Origin: a virus
Direction: 5' to 3' (one strand)
Virus record (IMG/VR): IMGVR_UViG_3300044856_000069
Location: 1-41,696 of that record
DNA length: 41,696 bases
This document shows, in pieces, positions 13,696-20,583 of this stretch. Below the pieces are notes generated by a model. The model had not been told where the DNA came from, did not search any database, and saw only the letters and a program-made list of their open reading frames with translations. Every line of letters starts with the position of its first letter. Position 1 is the stretch's first letter. The position numbers and the translations under genes were made by a program.

Positions 13696-13700
13696 TTAAT

Positions 13701-13733
13701 AAGGAAGAAAAACGACCGGCGCTTGTGCCGGTC
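13701..13733 (-). terminator. Intrinsic terminator of the 52-codon ORF
   Basis: Minus-strand stem GACCGGC...GCCGGTC followed by GUUUUUCUUCC. Confidence 0.6.
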
Positions 13734-13892
13734 TTATGCCTCCCTCACCTCCCAAATTTCACGCAGGCTCATGGAGCCGTAGCAGCAACCGTTCTCAATT
13801 TCGCGGGCCTTTTTCTGTGCGCTCCGCAGGTTCCGCGCTTCAATTTCTCTCGTGGTTTCGTAGCCGCCATTTTTTAACTGCGTGCCATACAA
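13734..13892 (-). CDS. Small hypothetical protein, 52 aa (below the track cutoff), TTG start
   Basis: AGGAGG 5 nt upstream of TTG 13892. Translation: MYGTQLKNGGYETTREIEARNLRSAQKKAREIENGCCYGSMSLREIWEVREA. Third positions are G/C-rich, forming an island in AT-rich DNA, and the ORF has its own terminator. Confidence 0.45.
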   Translation of the reverse strand: MYGTQLKNGGYETTREIEARNLRSAQKKAREIENGCCYGSMSLREIWEVREA

Positions 13893-13962
13893 ACATACCT
13901 CCTAGGAATTGACAATTAAGAACAAGAATTGCAATTTTTTTGCACTTACTGATTTTAATTGC

Positions 13963-13999
13963 AAAAAAAATAAAGCCCCCAGGGCGGTCCCGGAGGCTT
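13963..13999 (-). terminator. Minus-strand intrinsic terminator
   Basis: AAGCCUCCGGG-accgc-CCUGGGGGCUU forms an 11-bp stem (two G-U pairs) followed by UAUUUUUUUU. Confidence 0.65.
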
Positions 14000-14015
14000 T
14001 GTTATATGCGGCTTC

Positions 14016-14064
14016 GCGTTCACAGATTTTTATTTGCGTTCACAGATTTTTTATTTGCGTTCAT
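14016..14064. repeat. Tandem 20/21-bp direct repeats GCGTTCACAGATTTTT(T)ATTT, 2.4 copies
   Basis: Units at 14016..14035 and 14036..14056, with a partial unit at 14057..14064. Non-coding. Confidence 0.8.
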
Positions 14065-14177
14065 ATATCATTATTGAAGGAACACTTTTGAAAGCGGATC
14101 ATGCCATGCTGTTTGATCTCAATGCTGCGGCAGAACTCAATTAGTTGGTTGTCTATCTGTCCCAAGACAGAACGACA

Positions 14178-14263
14178 TGAAGAAAAGGCCTATCTGAGTT
14201 ACAGCTCAGATAAGCCCTTGCTTGAAAAGTAAGCTCGGTCAAACCGCCTATACTTTCCTCGTA
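14178..14263 (-). ncRNA. Candidate ~85-nt small RNA downstream of the late-operon terminator
   Basis: Follows promoter-box copy P3 (14271..14299) and ends at hairpin 14187..14216 plus UUUUCUU. No RBS-preceded ORF is present. Confidence 0.35.
14180..14216 (-). terminator. Minus-strand intrinsic terminator
   Basis: GGCUUAUCUGAG-cuguaa-CUCAGAUAGGCC forms a 12-bp stem (one G-U) followed by UUUUCUUCA. Confidence 0.55.
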
Positions 14264-14270
14264 CATTTAT

Positions 14271-14299
14271 ATATTACTGCACTTTAAATTAAAAGTCAA
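14271..14299 (-). promoter_or_regulatory. Promoter-box copy P3 (GCTTGACTTTT...-17-TAATAT)
   Basis: Minus strand: TTGACT at 14299..14294 and TAATAT at 14276..14271. Confidence 0.5.
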
Positions 14300-14321
14300 G
14301 CGGTTTGGCGGAAAGCATAAA

Positions 14322-14365
14322 AGAAAACAAAAAATAAGGACAGAAAAAGTAAGATTTCTGTCCTT
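14322..14365 (-). terminator. Late-operon intrinsic terminator
   Basis: Perfect 11-bp stem AAGGACAGAAA-n8-TTTCTGTCCTT followed by AUUUUUUGUUUUC, 16 nt after the last late-gene stop codon. Confidence 0.8.
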
Positions 14366-14380
14366 AATCAATTTGTGCCT

Positions 14381-14866
14381 TTATTTCAGCGCAAGCCCCG
14401 CGGCCAGGATTCCGGCCGCCGCGGTCCAGGTGTTCCTCTGTGCCTTAATTCGCACCCTGGTCCGCTTCTGATCGGCTGCGTATTTCCTGAAGGATTCGTT
14501 GGCTTCGTTCAATAATTGTTCCTGCTTCGTCGACCTGTCCTGTAATGTCTGAATTTGCAGCTGCAATGCGGTCTGCTGCCGCTGCGCCGTCGCTAACTGC
14601 TGCTCGGCCCTGTTCAATGCTGTCGCCAAGTCCACGAGCCTGTTCTGCTGCTGTCCGCAAGTCTGACGTAAGCTGTCGTTGATTAGCTGTAGCCTGCTCA
14701 AGTTGTCCTGCAGTTCGGTCAGCTCCGCCGCCGTGATCTGATACGTCGCCGGCGTTTCGGAGGCCCAGGAAGTAGCCGCAGGCAAAAGCACCAGCAAGCA
14801 CAGCAAGGGCAAGAACAGTCCCCAACGCGCGCACCGCAAAAGACTGCACATTAGTAATCTGCACAT
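14381..14866 (-). CDS. Membrane-anchored coiled-coil protein (last gene of the lysis cassette), 161 aa
   Basis: Signal/anchor LFLPLLCLLVLLPAATSWA, long Gln/Leu heptad repeats, and a C-terminal hydrophobic WTAAAGILAAGLALK. Third-position G/C is high in this frame. Confidence 0.6.
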   Translation of the reverse strand: MCRLLMCSLLRCARWGLFLPLLCLLVLLPAATSWASETPATYQITAAELTELQDNLSRLQLINDSLRQTCGQQQNRLVDLATALNRAEQQLATAQRQQTALQLQIQTLQDRSTKQEQLLNEANESFRKYAADQKRTRVRIKAQRNTWTAAAGILAAGLALK

Positions 14867-14870
14867 CCGC

Positions 14871-15215
14871 TCACCCCCTGCCCTCGGAAATGTAATCCTT
14901 GATGTCACGGGCCACGGTCTCCGCTCCGCTCGTCAGATCCGGAGCCTGGACATAGTAGGTAACCTGGGGCGTCGGCTGTGTCTGCTGGATCCGGTAGATC
15001 TCTTTGGACACCGCCCTGGCGGAGTCATCGGACAGCTTGAGCTTGTCAGCAGCCTTGACCGGATCCGTTGTGTCCTGATAGGGCATCACAGTTGGCTGCT
15101 CTTTTTGACGTTCTCTATGGCAGCCGTAAATCCTCCCCGCGACGAGGCCGATCAAGCACGCACCCACTATGATAAGGGCCGTTTTCCGGGCCTTCGGGTC
15201 CTGTAGGGATAGCAT
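14871..15215 (-). CDS. Single-pass membrane protein, lysis cassette, 114 aa
   Basis: TM segment TALIIVGACLIGLVAGRIYG. Start is either ATG 15215 or GTG 15224; the GTG overlaps the amidase stop codon. Confidence 0.6.
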   Translation of the reverse strand: MLSLQDPKARKTALIIVGACLIGLVAGRIYGCHRERQKEQPTVMPYQDTTDPVKAADKLKLSDDSARAVSKEIYRIQQTQPTPQVTYYVQAPDLTSGAETVARDIKDYISEGRG

Positions 15216-15220
15216 AGGCC

Positions 15221-15817
15221 TCACTCCTCCATCTGCTGTCTGTACCAGATAGCCTTACCCCTCAACACGTTGCCCCCGGTCCGAGGGTCGTCATAGTCGA
15301 CGGTCCACTCTGGGCTCTCGTCGGTCCCCAGGTACTGCAGATCCCAGCGCTCGCAGGTAGTCTGGGGGCCGTACTCGTCCCCTTCCGGCAGCAGGCCGTC
15401 AAGGTTGTCAGCGGCCTCTGCATGGGTCATAATCCGATCCCGGTCGATGGTCAGCCACAGGGCTTTCGCCAGGACGGCCACCACCTGGGCCATGGCCTCG
15501 ATCTGAGCCACTGTGGGCGGGTACGGCCCCAGTGCGTTGCTCGCAGCCTGGTAACAGCAGCAGAGCGTGACCCCGATACTGCCCGTGTTCCGGTGCCAGG
15601 TATGGGACAGGACGTCCGTAAAGTCGTCGGTGCTGGCCCACAGGCTCCCGTCCTTGTCGATATTAATGTGATAATCATCGTACATCTGACCGTAGCGGCC
15701 AGCTGTCCAATGTAGGTACACTTTTACATCTCGATGTATTCCCCTGGCGTCCATCCACAGCTGAGGCCTGGCAGCTTCAGCCATCGTCCGGATGTCTTTC
15801 AATGTTACTCTTTTCAT
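15221..15817 (-). CDS. N-acetylmuramoyl-L-alanine amidase endolysin (Amidase_2/PGRP type)
   Basis: YLHWTAGRYG...HTWHRNTGSIGVTL...IMTHAEA has the zinc-ligand pattern typical of Amidase_2. Confidence 0.75.
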   Translation of the reverse strand: MKRVTLKDIRTMAEAARPQLWMDARGIHRDVKVYLHWTAGRYGQMYDDYHINIDKDGSLWASTDDFTDVLSHTWHRNTGSIGVTLCCCYQAASNALGPYPPTVAQIEAMAQVVAVLAKALWLTIDRDRIMTHAEAADNLDGLLPEGDEYGPQTTCERWDLQYLGTDESPEWTVDYDDPRTGGNVLRGKAIWYRQQMEE

Positions 15818-16130
15818 TGTCGTTTTCCTTTACCTCCTTTTCCCAAGGGTCCGGCACCCCATCTCCATCAAAATCAATGAGGCTTTTTCCAATAAAGCCA
15901 ATGGCCGCGATGAAGGACGCTCCTGTCAGCGTCTGCAGAAGCGTATTAAGGGCAGGGAGGTCCACCCTGCCCAGTACCGCCCACAGCCAGATCCAGCCGG
16001 CCCAATACAAAAAGATACTGCCGATGATCAGCAGCACCAGCACGATTACCAGGGCCCGGGGCAGGCCTCGGACCTTCATACGGCCCAGGGAGCCCATAAG
16101 GCTCAACAGCACCCCGTGGATGCCTTTCAT
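15777..16130 (-). CDS. Holin candidate, multi-TM membrane protein
   Basis: Hydrophobic segments LVIVLVLLIIGSIFLYWAGWIWLWAVLG and GASFIAAIGFIG, with a charged C-terminus. Overlaps the amidase start codon. Confidence 0.55.
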   Translation of the reverse strand: MKGIHGVLLSLMGSLGRMKVRGLPRALVIVLVLLIIGSIFLYWAGWIWLWAVLGRVDLPALNTLLQTLTGASFIAAIGFIGKSLIDFDGDGVPDPWEKEVKENDNEKSNIERHPDDG

Positions 16131-16423
16131 TCCCGTACCTCTTCCGGCATGTGGAGAACGGCTTCATGCTTGGCGCTCATGACGCCGTTGTCCGCCAGAT
16201 GCTCATAGACGCCGTACATTTCCTGCCAGATCAGTTTTTCTTCGGCAGTGGGCGGCGTCCGCTGGAACCTGACGTACATGTCGTTAAGGGAGGCACGCAG
16301 GATAAGCTGCATGCCCTTGCGGACGGCGCGGAGCCCCGTCACATAAGCCAGCACATAACCAGCCAGGCCGCCCAGCAGCAGGCTCACCAGCGTACTCAAA
16401 ATTTCAACTATTACTTCTTGCAT
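16127..16423 (-). CDS. N-terminally anchored membrane protein (possible holin partner)
   Basis: TM segment ILSTLVSLLLGGLAGYVLAYV. ATGA coupling to the next gene. Confidence 0.5.
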   Translation of the reverse strand: MQEVIVEILSTLVSLLLGGLAGYVLAYVTGLRAVRKGMQLILRASLNDMYVRFQRTPPTAEEKLIWQEMYGVYEHLADNGVMSAKHEAVLHMPEEVRE

Positions 16424-16424
16424 T

Positions 16425-16928
16425 CTAATCCTCCGGCCACGTGATATTGTTTACGTCATCTACCGTTTCCGCCGCTTGCACTTGTGATTTAAGCGCGCGA
16501 TAAGCCGTGTGCAATGCGTCACTCCTTACCGCCGCCGCCGCTATCACTCCGCGCAAGTCATTGGCCGTCACCGGCGCGCTGCCGTTGTCTGCTAACGTCC
16601 AGTTAATCGTAGATGTCTCACCCTGCAGGTCCAGCGCATAGATGGCCGCCGTAATGCGCTCATAGGACTTGCTGTCAAAATCAAAAGAGTGCCCCTGGTA
16701 TTCAATTGGTTCTACTTCTGCTTTGTCACGTTGCATCTTTAAAATTGTGATTTTGCGCTTCTTAGAATACTCAATCGGTTCTTCCTCGTGTGTCACTTCA
16801 ACCCCTAATTCGCAAAGGGTTTCTTCGGAGCTAGAGAGGGGGATAAAGATACCGTCCTGCCCTAAGGCTTCTGCCAAGGATGAGATGTCAGTATATGTTT
16901 TGTCTTTGTATTTATATTTTGTTTGCAT
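16425..16928 (-). CDS. Tail-fibre assembly/chaperone-like protein (DUF4376-like C-terminus), 167 aa
   Basis: ATG at 16928 with GAGGAA upstream. C-terminal half HSFDFDSKSYERITAAIYAL...ANDLRGVIAAAAVRSDALH. Composition switches from AT-rich to GC-rich near 16680. Confidence 0.45.
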   Translation of the reverse strand: MQTKYKYKDKTYTDISSLAEALGQDGIFIPLSSSEETLCELGVEVTHEEEPIEYSKKRKITILKMQRDKAEVEPIEYQGHSFDFDSKSYERITAAIYALDLQGETSTINWTLADNGSAPVTANDLRGVIAAAAVRSDALHTAYRALKSQVQAAETVDDVNNITWPED

Positions 16929-16944
16929 TTTGTTCCTCATTTGC

Positions 16945-17352
16945 TTAATAATCTTCAACTGTAGGTGGCATGTCATTTATTGCTTGCCCCCACGAAAAAG
17001 TTACACCCGATGTCTTAGCACAGTCAAAATTTAATACATATGTTTTATTTGGTGTTACACCTACAATAGAATTAATATTTTCATGCCCCACGTTCTCTGC
17101 TTCATCATTAGTTGCGGAGCCCCCTTCTCCCCATACTTTATTAGTAGAATTTGAGACACATGTTATACTAGCATAAAAATAAATATCCGGGTCCCCTTCA
17201 GCATAATAAACTTCTGCAAATACTTTGATTCTTTTAATACCCGGTGGAACAGTAAAAAAACCTATTTCGCCATCTTTGCCGGCAGGCCAAAACTTGCTAC
17301 CATCTGCAACATTACCCTTTTTCAGCGTCATCATCATACGATTAAGTCCCAT
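16945..17352 (-). CDS. Hypothetical beta-rich protein in the host-range cassette, 135 aa
   Basis: ATG at 17352 with GAGGT upstream. AT-rich. Lies between the tail fibre and its chaperone. Confidence 0.55.
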   Translation of the reverse strand: MGLNRMMMTLKKGNVADGSKFWPAGKDGEIGFFTVPPGIKRIKVFAEVYYAEGDPDIYFYASITCVSNSTNKVWGEGGSATNDEAENVGHENINSIVGVTPNKTYVLNFDCAKTSGVTFSWGQAINDMPPTVEDY

Positions 17353-17362
17353 ATTGCTTACC

Positions 17363-18991
17363 TCACGATAACTTAGATGCTTGTACAATGCTAATAACAG
17401 ACCCATTAGTATATTTCGTCAGTAAAATATTCAACAACAGGCCCGTACTTGTAATGGCTAAATCAGACGCAGCACCTATGTATTTAAGCGTTTCTACACC
17501 AGTGATAGACAGTGGATAGTCAGCAGAGGATTCAATATATGCAGTAAACACCGTAGACCTTGAAGCTCCTAAAGATACTGCAAGGGTGTGGAGGTTAAGG
17601 GTAAATGCCCCTGTTGCTATATAGTACATTATGGAGCGGGTAGGTGTATCACTTGTTCCACGTACCAGAGAAGAATCATAGTATTCAGATTTAATTGCTA
17701 CTTCCGTAAATGTTTGTCGCAAGGGCCATGCGTTAGCAGAAGTCTTTTTAGCATAATCAGCAAGTGACTGATGCTGTGTCAGATAGCCTGCATCATTCTC
17801 CAAAGCGGATACCTTGGTAGGAATTTGATTGCTGACTGCCTCTAATCCATTAGCAAGCGCATCAAGGTTCATTTTTACAACTTTATTCTGCACAGGGTTC
17901 GTAGATGTGTCAGACAATTCATCATCCACAGTAACAGTGCCCCCTCCCCCACCTGTGCCATCTTTACCCCTGGGTAACGTAAAGTTCAACACCACATCAC
18001 TGGTAGTGCCACTATTGGTAACACTTGCATTGCTTCCCGCGGCACCGGTAGTCACGCTACCAATCCTGATAGTTGCAGCAGCACCTGTAGCACCTTGTAA
18101 ACCTTGGTCACCCTTAGCACCTGTATCGCCTTTATCACCCTTGTCACCTTTATCGCCTTTGACGCCCTGTACACCCTGCACACCTTGTAAACCTTGGTCA
18201 CCCTTAGCACCTTTAATATTTACACTGGCAGGATTGGGCAGTCCAGCTTTATTCGTCCAACTCAAGACACCATCAGAAGATACACTAGGTAAGAACACAT
18301 TGACATTTTCGCTATAATTCTTAGCATTGTCCATGTAGTCCTTTGCGGCCGTCACGCTGGCAGCCGCCGCCAATTCCGAATTATGGGCATTTGTCGCACT
18401 ATCCGCCGCATTACCCGCCTGCGTGCTTGCAGTTGACGCAAAGGACGCAGCAGACGTGGCACTGTTTTTAGCAGCCGTCTCACTTGCTTTAGCATTTGTC
18501 TCACTGGCCTTTGCGGCAGTCTCACTGGCCTTAGCTGCCGTCTCACTGGCCTTTGCTGCTGTCTCACTGGCCTTTGCTGCTGTCTCACTGGCCTTTGCTG
18601 CTGTCTCACTGGCCGCCGCGGCAGTCGCACTTGCTTTAGCATTTGTCTCGCCAGTTTTGGCAGCGTTTTCGCTTGCCTTAGCGTTCATTGCAGACGTTGC
18701 TGCAGCTGCTTGAGATGCAGCAGCTTTTGATGCGCTAGCGCTGGCAGCATTCGCCTGTGCCGTCGCAGTGACAGCAGCAGCCTCCGCACGGCTCATGGTT
18801 GTTTCTGCAGTGTCTTCGTCCCAAATTACAGTGCTCTCACTGTACGTTGAGCCGCCGACCTTGCCCTGCACAAATTTAACTTTTTTATTAGCCTTTAAGA
18901 CAGTGACGATTTCGCCTTCTTTGAGAAAAGGATTATATGCGTTCCACACTTCCTCACTCGCCAGGCTAAACTGTATTCTTGCATTACTCAT
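17363..18991 (-). CDS. Tail fibre with Ala-rich heptad repeats and a collagen-like Gly-X-Y tract
   Basis: ASETAAK repeated about 7 times. GAKGDQGLQGVQGVQGVKGDKGDKGDKGDTGAKGDQGLQGATGAA tract. LSDTSTNPVQNKVV motif. The C-terminal third is AT-rich. Confidence 0.8.
   Translation of the reverse strand: MSNARIQFSLASEEVWNAYNPFLKEGEIVTVLKANKKVKFVQGKVGGSTYSESTVIWDEDTAETTMSRAEAAAVTATAQANAASASASKAAASQAAAATSAMNAKASENAAKTGETNAKASATAAAASETAAKASETAAKASETAAKASETAAKASETAAKASETNAKASETAAKNSATSAASFASTASTQAGNAADSATNAHNSELAAAASVTAAKDYMDNAKNYSENVNVFLPSVSSDGVLSWTNKAGLPNPASVNIKGAKGDQGLQGVQGVQGVKGDKGDKGDKGDTGAKGDQGLQGATGAAATIRIGSVTTGAAGSNASVTNSGTTSDVVLNFTLPRGKDGTGGGGGTVTVDDELSDTSTNPVQNKVVKMNLDALANGLEAVSNQIPTKVSALENDAGYLTQHQSLADYAKKTSANAWPLRQTFTEVAIKSEYYDSSLVRGTSDTPTRSIMYYIATGAFTLNLHTLAVSLGASRSTVFTAYIESSADYPLSITGVETLKYIGAASDLAITSTGLLLNILLTKYTNGSVISIVQASKLS
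18477..18623. repeat. 21-bp in-frame tandem repeat (about 7 units) within the tail fibre gene
   Basis: GTCTCACTGGCCTTTGC(G/T)GC(A/T) units start at 18498, 18519, 18540, 18561 and 18582, with flanking degenerate units. Confidence 0.85.
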
Positions 18992-19001
18992 TTACTTCAC
19001 C

Positions 19002-19841
19002 TCACGCAGTACGCACCCAAAAGTATAAACACAGATAAGCCGGCTCAAAAGTTACTTTTTCTCCATTGCCAGTAGATTGGATGGTTATTTGATGCGTATG
19101 GTTGCCAGAAAATTTTATTACCTCACGAGCATCCCCTTTATGCGCACATGTGCCAGCCCATTCGCCTGTGCGCTTAAAACAGCCTGTAGTTTTGCCACCA
19201 TCTAAACCTACTTGGTTAGCTCCAATAAACGAGCCTTCAAAATTGGTCACGCCATAAATTGTAGCATCGTGGCTATGCGCAGGCAGATTGTTCACGCCCA
19301 ACGTAAATCCATCACTGCCACCCATCGTTCCGCCGGGATAACCTGCGCCGGCAGTGCGAATATAGCGGCCGCTTTGCAGCAGCTGCCACGTGCCGCCAAG
19401 TCTTGTGCCGGGATTGATGTTGTCTCGGGTGATTACCACAGAGCCGACAAAGCTCATCGCGTTGAGATAATCGATATTCAAAGACACATTGCCGCTGCTA
19501 TCCGGTTTTTTCCCCTCAACGCTATAGACAAAATTTTTCTGGATGTTGCCATTTTTATCGGGCTTCTCCCCATTCAGCGACAACACCAACGATTTTTTCA
19601 GTGATGCTACAAGCGCAGCATAATCGCTGTCCATAGCGTCCTGCCCCTGCTCCACGAGCACCTGTGCCAGCGCAGCGGCCATAATCGTGGCCTGCTTGTA
19701 TAATTTATTATGCAGATCCGCTGAAGCAAGGCCGGGCACAACACCGTTAATGCGCTGTGGATCTGTAGCATACTCTGCGTCGCTCACAACATTCAGCGCT
19801 GCCACGGCTTCAGCAAAAACCTTAAAATTACTACTAGCCAT
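19002..19841 (-). CDS. Tail fibre protein with phage tail-collar domain
   Basis: GGTWQLLQSGRYIRTAGAGYPGGTMGGSDGFTLGVNNLPAHSH matches the collar-domain pattern. Confidence 0.7.
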   Translation of the reverse strand: MASSNFKVFAEAVAALNVVSDAEYATDPQRINGVVPGLASADLHNKLYKQATIMAAALAQVLVEQGQDAMDSDYAALVASLKKSLVLSLNGEKPDKNGNIQKNFVYSVEGKKPDSSGNVSLNIDYLNAMSFVGSVVITRDNINPGTRLGGTWQLLQSGRYIRTAGAGYPGGTMGGSDGFTLGVNNLPAHSHDATIYGVTNFEGSFIGANQVGLDGGKTTGCFKRTGEWAGTCAHKGDAREVIKFSGNHTHQITIQSTGNGEKVTFEPAYLCLYFWVRTA

Positions 19842-20583
19842 TTATCAATTCCCCCTTTTCTGCTTCTGCCCAATGGCTCTCATAGCCACTGTAACGCATA
19901 GTATTATAATCATAGCTAAACAAAGGCAAGCCGTCTGTTGATACAAACGTCAGCACATTGATACGCACGCCTTCCGGCTTTGGGATAACGTAAGCATGGA
20001 TGATGAGCTCTTCCTCAAGCTGCGTGTAATCGCCCTGCAGCACAATGTTGTAACTCATATCCTGCAAGTCCTCGATGGACAGTTTTTTATTAGCGCCCAT
20101 AACAGCGTCCCACAAATCGTATAGCTCCCCAATTGTGCCATTCCATGTGTTCTGGATAATGCGGGCCTTAATCATCAGCCTGAAAACTTCGTCATCCAGC
20201 AGATTGCCCACGCCCATTTCCGCCGGCGGATAACCTGCAAGGATGGGCGTGCTCGCCAATTTGTCAGGCGTAGGCGTATAAATTATCGGATAAACCTCAC
20301 CGCTTGCCATTTCTGCTGGCGATGGACAAATAACCTCACCAATGGCAGCAGCAGACGGCTCAAATTTCAGTTGGCGGCTTACACCAACAATCTGCCCTAA
20401 AATATCAAGCTGAGTAGCACTGGCATTGTCGACCTCAAACGCCAGTAGCATATTATTGATGCTGTCATCAATATCTAGGCCATAATTAACGAGCTTTTGC
20501 ACCATTGCCGTAAAGCGTGGGCTGTGGCGATATTCGTTCGTAACCAGGCGCTTATAATAATCAAGATTCTGCATCATTATCAT
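19834..20583 (-). CDS. Baseplate wedge protein (DUF2612 / P2 gpI-like)
   Basis: N-terminus YYKRLVTNEYRHSPRFTAMVQKL. Positioned after Baseplate_J with ATGA coupling. Confidence 0.5.
   Translation of the reverse strand: MIMMQNLDYYKRLVTNEYRHSPRFTAMVQKLVNYGLDIDDSINNMLLAFEVDNASATQLDILGQIVGVSRQLKFEPSAAAIGEVICPSPAEMASGEVYPIIYTPTPDKLASTPILAGYPPAEMGVGNLLDDEVFRLMIKARIIQNTWNGTIGELYDLWDAVMGANKKLSIEDLQDMSYNIVLQGDYTQLEEELIIHAYVIPKPEGVRINVLTFVSTDGLPLFSYDYNTMRYSGYESHWAEAEKGELING

Noticed and set aside
13909-14091. 60-aa plus-strand ORF
   Set aside because: It has a TTG start and spans a terminator hairpin and the tandem repeats. Its Phe/Ile/Cys-rich product is typical of AT-rich non-coding DNA.
14445-14864. 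139-aa alternative minus-strand frame with TM + coiled coil overlapping 14381..14866
   Set aside because: G/C content at third codon positions is clearly lower than in the chosen frame and in the rest of the genome. Repetitive CAG/CTG/GCN coding makes off-frames look protein-like. Kept only as a note under the lysis-cassette finding.
18477-18623. Possible CRISPR array (regular 21-bp repeats; likewise the 11-bp repeats at 4780..4842)
   Set aside because: The units are contiguous with no spacers and lie in frame within long ORFs. No cas genes or leader are present.
18352-18713. Repeat-rich ORFs 18352..18642 (-) and 18423..18713 (+)
   Set aside because: These are off-frame and antisense readings of the 21-bp tandem repeat inside the tail fibre gene.
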